Below are positions 35,296 through 48,340 of a DNA stretch of 64,000 bases, piece by piece (the stretch's first letter is position 1; each line of letters begins with the position of its first letter). The stretch is from Veleropilina oligotropha (taxonomy: Eukaryota): assembly GCA_048128005.1 (NCBI GenBank), contig JBEUKZ010000009.1, positions 434,001-498,000 on the forward strand, in the 5' to 3' direction. Position numbers and translations under genes: made by a program. Below the pieces are notes generated by a model that worked only from the letters and a program-made list of their open reading frames with translations, did not search any database and was not told where the DNA came from.

Positions 35296-37132
35296 AACTA
35301 GATATGTCAGAGTGACACGAATGCCCCCGCTGAAACAACTACCCAGGAATGAAAGAAATTCAAAGTGAACAGCCATAACTCTCTTAACATTGCATTTACG
35401 CATTTAACAATGTATACACCTATATTCCAAATATAGTTTCATTCCATGAATGTATTCCGAAGTTATCGTCCAGAATTGAAAACAAAATTAAACAAGAGTA
35501 ACGTAAACGATACATTATACGCCCGTGTAATGAGTTTTGAAAGACCAATTAGCAACAACGATGAAAACGAATAGGCTTCTTCTTCCTTATCACATGATTA
35601 AGGCATCCAGCATGTTTCATTGAAAAATAATTAATATTTGCTTAGTTATCATGTGGAAACGAAATATTTCTTGTTTTCGAACAAGGGCCAGAACTCAGCG
35701 ACAAATCGAGTAATAGGGTTGAAAATGAATAGACTTCTTCCCTGTCACATGATTAAGGCATCCATCAAGTTTCATTGAAAAATAATTTATATTTGCTTAG
35801 TTATCATGCGGAAACGAAACATTTCTTGTTTTCGAACAAGAGTCAGAAGTCAGCGAGAAATCGAGCGACATGGTTGAAAATGCATAGGCTTCTTCCTTGT
35901 CACATGATTAACCCACCCAGCAAGTTTCATAATTAAAGATAAAATATTTTGTGAGATATGGTGCGGAAACGAAGGAGACGGACGGACATCACCATAGCAT
36001 AATACCCCTCGCCTTCGGCGGGCATATAATTAATTAAAAGCTGCCTCTTAAATGAAGTTGGGAATTAATAGAAATCAAACTCCACTTAGATATTCTGATA
36101 TACATGTGTACATCATATTAATTTAATTTGAATCCATGAATGCCTGAATGTAGCGCAGAATCTAAAGCATTCGAGGGACAAAGATGTGTAACAATAAATG
36201 CTCTCCATACTTCATTTTGCAGGGGGCCGGGCATAAATTTCTTTCCAATGATATTACACGTGTATATCAAATTAAATTTAAATCCATGAAGGCATTCTCA
36301 AGTTATCGACCGGAAATGGAAAATAAATTTGCAAGTTGATGAAGGGACATAACTCCCTTATGTGAAGGCGGAATTTTACCAAAATCGAACACCACTTAGC
36401 TATTATGATCATACACGTGAATACCAAATTTAATTTACCACCCGAAAATGAAAAAATGTTTCCAAGTCATTCAAGGGTCATAACTCTCTTATGTGACATC
36501 GGAATTTTACCGAAATCGAACTCCACTTAGGTATTATGATCATCCACTTGCATACCAAATTTAATTGAAATTCATGTAGGCGTTCTCAAGTTATCGCCCG
36601 GAAATGGAAAAAAAAATTGCAAGTGGATCAAGGGACATAACTTCGTTATGCGAAGGCAGAATTTTACCGAAATCGATCTCCAGTTAGCTATTATGATCAT
36701 ACACATGAATACCAAATTTAATTTAAATTCATGAAGGCATTCTCAAATTAACCGTCCGGAAATGAAAAAATGTTTCCAAGTCAATCAAGGGGCATAACTC
36801 CCTTATGTGACATTGGATTTTACCGATATCGAACCCCACTTAGCTATTATGATTATCCACTTGCATACCATATTTAATTGAAATCCATGAAGGCATTCTC
36901 AAGTTACCACCCGGAAATTGAAAAAAAAATTGCAAGTGGATCAAGGGACATAACTCCGTTATTTGAAGGCGGAATTTTACCGAAATCGAATTCCACTTAG
37001 CTATTATGATTATCCACTTGCATTCCAAATTTAATTGAAATCCATGAAGGCATTCTAAAGTTATTGCCCGGAAACGAAGTTTGGACGGACGTGTGCACCA
37101 CTATATTCCCCCAAACTTCGTTTAGGGGGCAT
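35296..37132 (+). mobile_element. HINE/pearl-like element with ~150-bp tandem units, containing a nested second element at ~35491-36026
   Basis: AACTAG start; units with gaattttaccgaaatcgaa; ggacggac and terminal ccccaaacttcgtttagggg hairpin. Nested copy starts aacaag and ends in the gccttcggcgggcat hairpin. Confidence 0.6.
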
Positions 37133-37511
37133 AAAAATCAACATGTCAATTCTGTGGTACTGTCGAACTTATCATGTTTCATGAACTGTTTGAGTTGGGG
37201 GTTACAGTTAGGGTTAGGTACTCAACAAGTAATATTGAGCATTATTGCAGAAGAATAGTTTGAAATAAAATAGAAACATTTATGAAAAGACTTTAGGTAT
37301 ATAACATTATAAATATATACTTTATTAATTCACACAAATATGACCAAAACCCCCAAATTCTGGACACAGCAGCAAACATTTAAAAATATGCTGAGCAGTG
37401 AAAAAGTTAAGTGGAAATTATATAAATAACAGTGTTAATCACTTAAATGTTTGTGAAATGTTGTTTAATTTTACAGAAGGTTATATGCACGCACTGTTTT
37501 ATATACTATTA

Positions 37512-37817
37512 CAGGGTTCTACCCGGGCACTTATAAGGTGGCGGGTCCGCCATCCAATGACCCTTCCCCGCCACCCTATGACCCCTCCCCATCAACTTTC
37601 CACCTTTTTGGGGGAAAATGATCACCATTCCAGATGTTCACCCCCTAGAAGCCATATAATTAATATGTATACAATATTATTATATATATATACATATACA
37701 TGCATGCATACATACATACATTTATAAATACATACACAACGTACGCCAGCGCGAACACAACTGACCCCTCTGCGACATAATTACCCCACCTATAATTTCA
37801 ATCCGGGGAGAACCCTG
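37512..37817. mobile_element. MITE with CAGGGTTCT(C/A)CCCGG TIRs (hAT-like)
   Basis: cagggttctacccgg ... ccggggagaaccctg; homologous to 40864-41417 and the ends of 58311-61590. Confidence 0.7.
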
Positions 37818-39864
37818 TATTATATATGCATCTGCTTCATATGTAAGCAAAAAATTATCTTAGTCATTAATTATTGAATTAAAAAATATATAGTTTACTA
37901 TCATGTAGATAGATGAATATATTTATTATTAACTTTTTGCCGGCTGTGTATTCAGTAACTCAATGAGAATTGGGCAGGATTTCCTGCTACCAGAGGTCAA
38001 AGAGTTCATTAAACAACAATGACATTTTACTTGCATTTAAAAGAATGTACTAAAATAAAGATAATAACTTAGAATTTCATTTAAATTTCCATTAAATTTT
38101 AATTATCATTAATTACAAATGCATACAATATATACCATATACATATCACGAGTGCGCATAACGTAAATTTGCATGTTTTAATAAACAGCGGGAAAATATG
38201 ATAAATTATGCAACAAAATTATGCTGAAATGAGGACATTAAATGCATCCACTCACCTTGCATATTTTTTCTTACTCGATCACAATGCTTCTACCATTCAG
38301 GTGTATATTGGGGACCCTTATAGCAGCCGACATAACATTACACGTTATAAGGTAGAGGCTGCTATCCTCTTGGTGGACGGGTGTGGCTCTACAGCCTTGT
38401 CAAATGGGTGGAGGGTTAGACCAAACAGTGATAAATCGCAACAGACAGCTTCGCATATCAAGTCGCTTTTGTTTCAGCAGGGCGGGTACGTGCGCATTGC
38501 TTTATGAAGCTCGCTACGATTATGCAGTTAGCAAATAAATTATACGATGCTTTCCCTTAAAATGAATGCATGTAGAATATATAGTTGCAGGTTTCAGTGA
38601 AGCATCTTAAATTATTGATTCAGGAATTGTGCACCTGAATTTTTTAAAATACTGTGGTTGAGATAATTAATGGATAAATAATATATTGTATGAGTTTTAA
38701 AAAATGTACAATAATAATAAATATACTATTTTTTCATGAAGCAATGAAAACAAATTAAATGCTTATTGAAAAATATGGCAGAATTATTTGCACAAAATCC
38801 AGACAAACTGAAAAATTTCACAATGTTTCATTAATCTATTTATTGGATATATCATTATTATTTAAAAGAAGTGTTGATAATTTAGACAACATAATTAACA
38901 GTCTTTAGAGATTCGTTGTATGCAAATGTGCGCAAAGATATTAAGCAATGAATTCACCAAATCTTTAACCAATATTGTCAACAAGCTTCTTGGCAAATTA
39001 AACCCACGACAAGTATTTTGTTTTCTGCAGCTATCCATGCTAACAGCAGACTGGCTCTCTCAGTCTGTAACTGAGATGCGGGGTGTGGCGGCCCAAGAAT
39101 GCTGACTGTAAACAGCGGCAGCCACGCCAAGACGGCTTAAAGAAGTCAACAAGATGGAAACAGAAATCAAGGCCAAAAATCTTGCCACACCTTATTCTTC
39201 AAATGCATAACATCAATGTGTCCAATACAAAAATGACATACTTCAATTGTATTTTAAAATTCAGCACCATTAATTTGAATGTCAAACGTGCCTTCATACA
39301 ATAATATTCTGTTTGCCTGTGGTTATCATGATGCAGTGGAACTACATTTCCAACATTTAGGGATAATATAATTTTCTGCATTTAACTGACACGACTAAAG
39401 GTCCATTAATATATAGAGTAACAAATTTATGAATTTATTTGATTTTTTAAAATGATTTGATTTTCAGTTATAGTGCCAACGAACATCAATTGGATTAGGT
39501 GATAATGTCGCCCCTATTTTCACGAAAGCACATGACAAAATATCTGGTAATATCTAGGACAGAGACTGGTCATTAGATTACATAACAAACTATTCTCTTG
39601 ATATGATTAAGAAATAACGAATATTGAACAGTCCAATGCAAAGCATCGTGGATATATCCGATTTGAATTGGAGCAATATATTGTTCTCGTTTGGAAAGCA
39701 ACTCATATTTTTAGATGGATACGCCTTCTTAAATGACGCTGACTTTCCGACTGTCCGTTCTTGATCAAAAACAAATGAAGCAGTGCCCACCTTACGCAAC
39801 CGTGTTGTGATTTTAAAAATTTCTCCATTGAGTTCGCGATCATGCCCAAACAAAAATGCAAGCT

Positions 39865-40245
39865 CGTAACTTGCGCATGACTAGCTAGTACGAGCGGAGC
39901 ATATTTAGCTCGTCACAAGCTCGCAGAAAGCTCGTAGTTGCTCGTAGGTCTTTCTACGAGCATCTTGCGAGCTCACGATGAGCTAGTAAATGTTTCTACG
40001 AGCTTGTTTCCATTCTGCGAGCTCGCGACGAGCTAGTTTCCTTTCTGCGAGTTCGCGACGAGCTAGTTTCTTTTCAGCCAGCTTGCTCTCCCAATCAAAA
40101 AATAATACTAGCTCGCGAAATTAGCTCGCGAAATTAGCTCGTCGCGAGCTCGTGGCGAGCAAATATTTGGAACGCCGCGAGCTCGCGACGTGTTAGTATT
40201 TACAACGCCGCGAGCTCGCGACGAGCTACCTGGACGAGCTCCAAA
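39865..40245. repeat. Low-complexity GAGCTCGC/CGAGCT palindromic repeat cluster
   Basis: Many gagctcgc/cgagctag motifs in both orientations. Confidence 0.6.
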
Positions 40246-40863
40246 CAAGGGAACTGTTATGCAAGTCAGTGGTAATTATGCCTTTAATTTCTGTTTCTGA
40301 CAGGTCATTGTTTGTACAGGGACTGCGTCAGTTAGTCATTTGCTTGACCAGTGTCATGCTATTTGCAATTGAACAAACAGGTTTGGATGTAACTGCTGGT
40401 AAAGACATTTATGTAACCCCTCATTGCCTCTATCTGTTTATGTAATATAACCAAGTAAAATTCATAAAAACAATTTTAGAATCTTTGTAAATGTATACAA
40501 ACTAGTCCACTTTTATTTCTATTTCTCTGCAAGATGATTTCTCAATCCAAGATGGCCACCAGATGCATTCTTGCTGATGAACACTGCTCTTGACATTTTC
40601 TCTTAATTATGCTGTTTTATCATGAAGAAAGATCATTCGAAAAACATTTTATTTTACTTGCGTTTTCGTTTATTTGTCCAGTTTGATATCATGGCAGGAA
40701 AGCCCACACTGCCATGGAGTTATGGCCAACTGTTACTGTTGACTGCACAAAGTGCCTAGTCAAGAAATGGAACCCATTCATGCCTACGAGATCAGCCATG
40801 TACGCGAATTGGACACCCCACACTTATCCACTTCACTAGTGAAAAGCCTATCCGAAGCACCAG

Positions 40864-41417
40864 CAGGGTTATCCCCGGATTGAAATTATAAGGCAGGGGA
40901 ATTATGTCGTGGAGGGGTCGCTTGTGTTCGCGAGCGCTTGTGTGTGTGTATGTATGTATGTGTTTATACATGTATATGTATATATATATATATATATTGT
41001 ATATATATTAATTATATGGCTCCTTTTTAAAGGAGTGGAAAGATGGAGGGGAGGGGTCATAGGGTGGTGGGGAAGGGTCATAGGGTGGAGGGGAGGGGTC
41101 ATAGGGTGGTGGGGAGGGGTCATAGGGTGGTGGGGAGGGGTCATAGGGTGGTGGGGAAGGGTCATAGGGTGGTGGGGAGGGGTCATAGGGTAGTGGTGAG
41201 GGGTCATAGGGTGGTGAGGGGTCATAGGGTGGTGGGGAAGGGTCATAGGGTGGTGGGGAGGGGTCATAGGGTGGTGGGGAGGGGTCATAGGGTGGTGGGG
41301 AAGGGTCATAGGGTGGTGGGGAGGGGTCATAGGGTGGTGGGGAGGGGTCATAGGGTGGAGGGGAAGGGTCATAGGGTGGCGCACGTGCTACCTTATAAGT
41401 GCCCGGGGAGAACCATG
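40864..41417. mobile_element. Same MITE family, opposite orientation, with expanded 21-bp G-rich minisatellite (41045-41379)
   Basis: TIRs cagggttatccccgg / ccggggagaacc; ~16 units of ggtcatagggtggtggggagg. Confidence 0.75.
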
Positions 41418-42799
41418 ACTAGTATACAGTCATATTGAGTGTGTGCACGTGTAAATATACATGTATGAGCAAAGCGTATTTTCTCTATTTTAATGATTCT
41501 TTAATTACAGGAGCAAAAAATCTGAAATATTAGTCAAGATTACGGCATCTATATATCAGATAGGAATAACCTGTCACCAGTCAGCATGACCAGACATATA
41601 ACTTTTATGAGATGCCAGATTACGACATAATCTGCACTGCCTTTCAGACAAACATGACATAATCACACACTTAGGTTTCCTAATTTAATTTTCCTGTCAT
41701 AATGACAAGGTTTGTGAAGGAATTATGTAGCCATATAACAGTAAACATGATATTGCACGGTCAGTGCATAAATAAAAGGTTCGTTAAAATTCACAAAACG
41801 TTCATTTGAAACCACATCATGTCTTAAATTGACATTTAAGAGGTTACTGACCAAAAATGTACATTGTAGCTGAGAATAAATTATTGTAAGGAAATTTAGC
41901 ATCATAACTGACTAAATAATCATGTTTGCATTGACATCCATGAGGAAAGATCGGTCAGCGGGAAAAACCCACCTTCACCATCCAATTATGGACAACTGGC
42001 ATTGTTCATTGAACAAAGTTTTCCAGGCGCGGACTCGAACTGACTCCTGTTAAATAACAGTGATGTGCAGCTGTTTTAAGAGGTTACGCCTTGAAAATTA
42101 CAATAGATGTTCTTGATATGTATATCAGATAATACACTGACTCCCGCTCGATACATAACGGCAGTCGCTGTCGCTCAGCTCGTTATGTGCGATATCGCTC
42201 GGGTCGCAGTGCATTAACTAGTACAGAGTGTGTACCGGCATAGTATGTAATTGAATTGCTTGTACCACCTGCACATCACGGTTATTTGCTGACAGCAATA
42301 TTTTATTGATCTCATCATAGAAGGTACGACCTGCTACTCATATCATGCTACATACATAATCCATTATACGTCATAGAGTGTTGAACAGATGTTATAGATG
42401 AGGCAGATATGGAACATCAAGAAACGACAGGTGTGTCTGCTTTGACATGTGCAATGAGACTCGCATCAAGAATTATATAAAGGATGATTACTAAAATATT
42501 CTATAACAACATTTCAAAACGCTATGAAATCTGGTGTTTTGCAAATAAAAGCATTAAGTTAATTTACCGCAATTCTGAATCTTAGTCGATAGAACAAGAC
42601 CTCATTGTTGTTGTAATACATTATATGTACACACATATCGAAGACAGTGAACACAATCACTCTAAAAGCACAAGGATATATATGGTCTACTTGTAGTCCA
42701 CAATGTGAAATACCTCAGAAATATGCTTTCAATTCTAGCACACATATTTGACATCTAATTTGATGATTACAAGTTATGGATTTTCCAAGACCCTTGGGG

Positions 42800-42960
42800 T
42801 CACTCCGGCAGTCGTGTGGTCTCGAGTGCAGACTCTGAAATCACTGGCTCCATTGTGCTAACTATCTGTCTCAGTAGTGGGTTCGAATCTCCGTTGGGGA
42901 ATGACATTATTTGTTCAGTTATCAATCGCAGTTTTCCGTAACTGGCCAGAGAGAGCGAGT
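42800..42960 (+). mobile_element. tRNA-SINE-like fragment (related copy ~62260-62450)
   Basis: B-box gggttcgaatct followed by shared ttcagttatcaatc(g/a)cagtt.tccgtaactg. Confidence 0.5.
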
Positions 42961-43778
42961 GTCCATGGGAGACCTGGTATTTGTAAATAGGCCTATACAG
43001 GACATTAACCATCGATCAAATTCAATCCCACACCTTGAGGCAGAAAAATCATTTTTTTTACTCATTTTAACTACAGGGTACTTTAAATAAGTGAAATGTG
43101 GATACAAAATATTTTTCTTCTGTCACAAAAGTGCCATGGTCGTCTCCATGGCAAAGAAATCCTTTTGCACTTTTTGCAATATAAAACGTTGAATTACACA
43201 ATTCACAGCATTTGGCTTGCAATCACTACACTATGTAACTAAATTAAAATTATTAAAACATATGTGCAGACCAGCAGATGCATATAACACATAAGCGTGT
43301 CAACAGGGAGACGTTATCTCACATTACACGATAAACGATTATCTGTCTGACACCGGCATCAATTTGAGGCACTGTGCACACATATACATATCTAGCAAAT
43401 ATACCGACAAAAGAGGCCAGCTGTAGTTGACCACGGCATCTAAAGCAAATGGATAATAGCCTAGTAAAGCCAAGACACGCTCCCCTATTTAAAGTATCTC
43501 ATCTTCACAAGCAATAACTAATGCCCGACAAAATCGGGGATTCGCAAAACAGCTACGAGTCTAATCCCCAACATCATCGGTGCACTTTCGCCACACCCTA
43601 TCGACCTCCCCGAGAAGGGTGCGGCTTGAAGGGACACTATTGACTTATGATGCTGTTCAAGGCTGCTTAAAGTGGAAAAGTAGCTTACAAGGCACTACAA
43701 TTCTTTGATATCTCTATTAATGTTACAACATATAAAAGAGGTAATTGTCTTTCTTAAACAAGACAGCAATTAATGTAG

Positions 43779-44747
43779 GATTGATTGATTGGTTGGTTGA
43801 TTGGTTGGTTGATTGGTTGGTTGATTGGTTGATTGATTGGTTGATTGGTTGGTTGATTGGTTGGTTGATTGGTTGGTTGATTGGTTGGTTGATTGGTTGA
43901 TTGGTGGGTTGATTGGTTGGTTGGTTGGTTGGTTGATTGGTTGATTGGTTGGTTGATTGGTTGATTGGTTGATTGGTTGGTTGATTGATTGGTAGATTGA
44001 TTGGTTGATTGGTTGGTTGATTGGTTGATTGGTTGGTTGATTGGTTGGTTGATTGGTTGGTTGATTGGTTGATTGGTTGGTTGATTGGTTGGTTGATTGG
44101 TTGGTTGATTGGTTGATTGGTTGGTTGGTTGGTTGATTGGTTGATTGATTGATTGGTTGATTGGTTGATTGGTTGGTTGATTGGTTTGTTGATTGGTTGG
44201 TTGATTGGTTGATTGGTTAGTTGGTTGGTTGATTGGTTGATTGGTGGGTTGATTGGTTGGTTGATTGGTTGATTGATTGGTTGGTTGATTGGTTGATTGG
44301 TTGGTTGATTGGTTGGTTGATTGGTTGGTTGGTTGATTGATTGGTTGGTTGATTGGTTGATTGGTTAGTTGATTGGTTGGTTGATTGGTTGATTAGTTGA
44401 TTGGTTGATTAGTTGATTGGTTGGTTGGTTGATTGGTTGGTTGATTGGTTGATTGGTTGGTTGATTGGTTGATTGGTTGGTTGATTGGTTGGTTGATTGG
44501 TTGATTGATTGGTTGGTTGATTGGTTGATTGGTTGGTTGATTGGTTGGTTGATTGGTTGGTTGATTGGTTGGTTGATTGGTTGATTGATTGGTTGATTGG
44601 TTGGTTGATTGGTTGGTTGGTTGATTGGTTGGTTGATTGGTTGGTTGATTGGTTGGTTGATTGATTGGTTGGTTGATTGGTTGATTGATTGATTGGTTGA
44701 TTGGTTGGTTGATTGGTTGGTTGATTGGTTGGTTGGTTGATTGGTTG
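43779..44747. repeat. ~970-bp compound (TTGG/TTGA)n microsatellite
   Basis: Directly visible. Confidence 0.97.
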
Positions 44748-44932
44748 GCAACTTTGTTTTCAGCCTTAACACAGTCGGGACACCCGGTTTATTAGGTCTC
44801 GCTCCGATCTGACCGACATACATTAGGGATATGCCATCTATTATTTCAAGCGGTAGAATATTTATAAGCTGCCGGCTTGCCTTGAATCTGGCCCTTCTAC
44901 CTGTCTCGGTTGAGTGTCTGACGTGCTATCCA

Positions 44933-45148
44933 TGCCGTCCTCGATAGGTCAACAGGTAGAGTATCGGAAAATCTATCAGTGGGATGGTATGATGTGGGTT
45001 CAAATCCCCGCTCCGGCGTGGCTATTCTAATGCTTAAAACTAATAGATGGCATATCCCTAATTGTATGGCGGTCATATCGAATTTAGACCTTAAACCCGG
45101 GTGTCCAGAATATGATACAGCTGAAAAATTGCTAAAAGTGGTCGTAAA
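44933..45148 (+). mobile_element. tRNA-derived SINE interrupted near its tail by DIRS copy 2 (remaining tail 52606-52617)
   Basis: A-box-like taggtcaacaggtagag, B-box ggttcaaatccc, tail gctgaaaaattgctaaaagtggtcgtaaa; 15-bp direct repeat at 44918-44932 and 52618-52632. Confidence 0.7.
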
Positions 45149-46372
45149 ATGAGGTTTTAATGTAAACCTAATATTAGTATAAAACATACTTACGTCCTTA
45201 CTCTTGCCATAATAGTATATTATCGCCCAAACCGGAAATGGTGAATATGTCCCATAATGCACCGTTAATAAGCCAAAAAGCACACGGTTACCTCCCCTGC
45301 TCCTACCCCCCACGTTCCCTAGCGAGACTTCGCCAAGTCTCGTGAGACTTCTGAACAATAGAAGTCACATGACATCAATTCAAAGTTCAAAAACCACAAA
45401 GGAACGTAGTAGAGGGGAGGAATGCGAAACGCAGGGTGGGTAATCGTGTAAGGACGTAAGTATGTTTTATACTAATATTAGGTTTACATTAAAACCTCAT
45501 ATATAGTTACAAACATACTTACGTCCTTACTCTTGCCAGAATAACCTTGGATAGGTGGGTAAGACGTTCCTTACAACAAACCCAAACAAGATAATGACTT
45601 ACTTTTCACCAATTCGATCAGCATGAAGCGTCGAGTGTGTCCGCCTAGAGTGGAATTTTTACTGAGTATTATATTCTACTCTTACCAGGCGAGAATTTCG
45701 ACCAGTGTTACCGGGAGAATACGCCGTGGTGTTAGTCGGACGAGGTGAACGGAAGTGCAATCAGCCCCTGGCACGGCCGGAAGGATAAATCCCTGTAGGT
45801 CTTACGTGTCATGGACCAGTGGCAGCCAAATGGGACTCCGGGCCTATAGGCCGGTAGCCAGAGGATGCAGTCGGATTTGTAAGCACACGGAACCTAACAG
45901 GTTGTGAAAGCTTTAAAATCAAAAGCAAAGAATTAATAGATTATTATAATAATCGATATTAATAAATAGTTCGCATGACCAACTTGCGAACGCTAACATG
46001 GACGACATGTCACTTAAAATAAATTTTAAGGAAGCAAAATGTTCGACATGTTACTTAAAAATAAATGTTAAGGAATCAACATTTTAAAATGTATTGAACA
46101 TCGTATGTTCGATTACAGCAAAGAACATAATAATATTGAACCCTAATCTTTTTAAGATTTGTGCAAAATTATCAAAGTTGTTTTATTAAATTCAATGTGA
46201 TCTGGCTGTGTCAACACTCAGGTCTGACATGAGAAGTACAAAATCTTAAATTAGATTTAAGAAATGAACAGACATTGAACTGCCCCATAGGTGTTAATTA
46301 CATAGCACCGTTTGGCCAACGAAAATAAAATGGCGACAGTAAATATGCAAATGATCAATCAGAGAACAATAC

Positions 46373-48340
46373 TTACTGATTAGAAGACCTCGGTCTAACA
46401 ATAACCCTTTGTGCAGCAACACAGTGTAAACTGCTTAGGCCATCAGCCCCGGTTGAGTAGTCGCGCAGATAATGTTTTACAAACACGTTAGCGTTTTTCC
46501 AATATCCGGCCTGTAGTAACGCATTGATATTTAAATTATGTCGGAAGGCTACAGACGCTGCAATGGCCCGGACCTCATGTGCGCGTACCGATAAAATAGT
46601 TCGGTCTTCGTTGTCACAGCGGATGTATACATCTCTCACTGTCTGTGAAATCCACCGCGAAACAGTAGTCCTCGTAATGTCGCGGGTGTAGGTGGGCAAA
46701 TACGATATGAATAAACGTAATTTTCCCTGTCGCAACTCACGGGTTCTGTCTAGGTAGAACCGAAGCGCCCGGACCGGGCAATTGAAGCGGTCTGCGTCGC
46801 GCCTTCCGACTAGCGTTAGCTTGGGAATAACAACATCGGGTGCGTCCTCGTTCGGCCGCTGGTTCTTGGCTAAGAAGCCCAGAATGGGACGCAGTATCAC
46901 CGACCCGTCTGACTGGAATCGTATGTCTCTTAGCTCGGAGGAGAAAGCATGAATCTCGGAACAACGCCTGCCCGACGCTAAGGCGATCAGAAAAACTGTT
47001 TTGTGCGTCAAGTTCCTCATGGTTATCTCGGACATCGGCTCATACGGGGGTAAGAGTAATGCGTTAAGAATAAGTACGATATTCCAGGCAGGTGGCTTAA
47101 TTCTTCGGGTCGGTATCTCGAGTTCATAAGATCGTATAAAATCTGATATCGTTCGGTCGCTTGATAGGCCAGCATGGGCACGACACTGCTTTAGCGTGGT
47201 CGCGATCGTTGCCCGATAGCCTTTGACGGCGGACACTGACATACCGCGGTCGAAGAGCGACGATAAAAACTCGATAAACTTGTTCACAGGGGGACGGAGT
47301 ATATTGATCTGCCTGCTGTGACACCAATCCACGTACTTAACCCATCGGTAGTCATAGACTTTTGTAGTGGAAATCCTTCTCGATCGGTAGATACGTAAGG
47401 CTGTAGCTTTAGAAAATCCTTTCTTAGCAAGGGATCGTTCGATAACCGCCAGGCGTGTAAACGTAAGTGGTTCGGCGACTCGTGGAGTACACGGGTGCGT
47501 GGTTGCATTAACAGGTCTAGTTTCTGCGGTAACGCTAACGGTCGATCGACGATCAGATCGAGGAGGGTCGGAAACCAAGGTTGCGTGCGATACAGGGGCG
47601 CTATTAGCGTTATCTCGCAACGTTCGGTCGCTGCCTTCTGTAATACCAGTGATAGAATGCACGTCGGGGGGAAGGCATACGTGGACAGATTCTCCCATGT
47701 CATTGACATTGCGTCGACCGCCAGGGCGGCCGGGTCTGGGTACGGGGAGACATACAGAGGTAGTCGGTAATTGAATTCTGTTGCAAACAAGTCGACTTGG
47801 GGTTGCGACCACCGGCGGCAAACCTCCCGAGCTACTCGGCTGTGTAGCGTCCACTCTGTGTGTATTATCTGTGATCTCCGAGAGAGCGAATCCGCTCTGA
47901 CATTCAGCTTTCCCGGGATGTGTCGGGCTCGAATCGTCGAGTTGAGGGACATCACTAAGCGGTGTAGGTCTATTGCTCGGTCGCATAGGGGACGCGAGCG
48001 TGTACCGCCCTGGTGCTGTATGTAAGCGACGACAGTCGTGTTGTCCGTGGCGAGCATTATATGCTTGTTGCGGAGATGTGACGAGAGGGACCGTACTGAC
48101 AGGTAGACGGCTTCTAACTCTAGGAAGTTGATATGTCGTCCCTGAAGGTCTGTCGGCCATAGGCCTGATGTCTCGTAACTGTCGAGGTGACCACCCCAGC
48201 CGTCGTTCGAAGCGTCTGTGAACAGGTAAGCGTTCGGCTCTGGTGGGGATATAGGAACCGACTGGTCCGGCAAAGCGGGGTTCAACCACACTGCTGTCGT
48301 GTTGGTAAACCAATGCCGTAGATCGATGCGATCCTTCCAC
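46373..48340 (-). CDS. DIRS copy 2 ORF3 tyrosine recombinase (upstream part 48554-49357 cut off by one TAA)
   Basis: ALASGRRCSEI, FLAKNQ, AHEVR, GYW, KHY motifs. Confidence 0.9.
   Translation of the reverse strand: MEGSHRSTALVYQHDSSVVEPRFAGPVGSYIPTRAERLPVHRRFERRLGWSPRQLRDIRPMADRPSGTTYQLPRVRSRLPVSTVPLVTSPQQAYNARHGQHDCRRLHTAPGRYTLASPMRPSNRPTPLSDVPQLDDSSPTHPGKAECQSGFALSEITDNTHRVDATQPSSSGGLPPVVATPSRLVCNRIQLPTTSVCLPVPRPGRPGGRRNVNDMGESVHVCLPPDVHSITGITEGSDRTLRDNANSAPVSHATLVSDPPRSDRRSTVSVTAETRPVNATTHPCTPRVAEPLTFTRLAVIERSLAKKGFSKATALRIYRSRRISTTKVYDYRWVKYVDWCHSRQINILRPPVNKFIEFLSSLFDRGMSVSAVKGYRATIATTLKQCRAHAGLSSDRTISDFIRSYELEIPTRRIKPPAWNIVLILNALLLPPYEPMSEITMRNLTHKTVFLIALASGRRCSEIHAFSSELRDIRFQSDGSVILRPILGFLAKNQRPNEDAPDVVIPKLTLVGRRDADRFNCPVRALRFYLDRTRELRQGKLRLFISYLPTYTRDITRTTVSRWISQTVRDVYIRCDNEDRTILSVRAHEVRAIAASVAFRHNLNINALLQAGYWKNANVFVKHYLRDYSTGADGLSSLHCVAAQRVIVRPRSSNQ

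Noticed and set aside
38256..38530. Strong minus-strand donor AAG|GTGAGT at 38255 as an upstream KLF coding exon
   Set aside because: The phase-0 frame has a TAA six codons before the donor and no ATG; it could only be a UTR exon or join an unseen exon, so it is unsupported.
40902..41438. ORFs with PPHHPMT / GHRVVGR repeats
   Set aside because: Translations of the 21-bp minisatellite.
44365..44823. 152-aa [11 protein letters not shown]
   Set aside because: Translation of the microsatellite.
44897..45358. ORF sharing its N-terminus with 52418-52621 (+)
   Set aside because: Artefact of the ITR pair; TTG start and not conserved in copy 1 ITRs.
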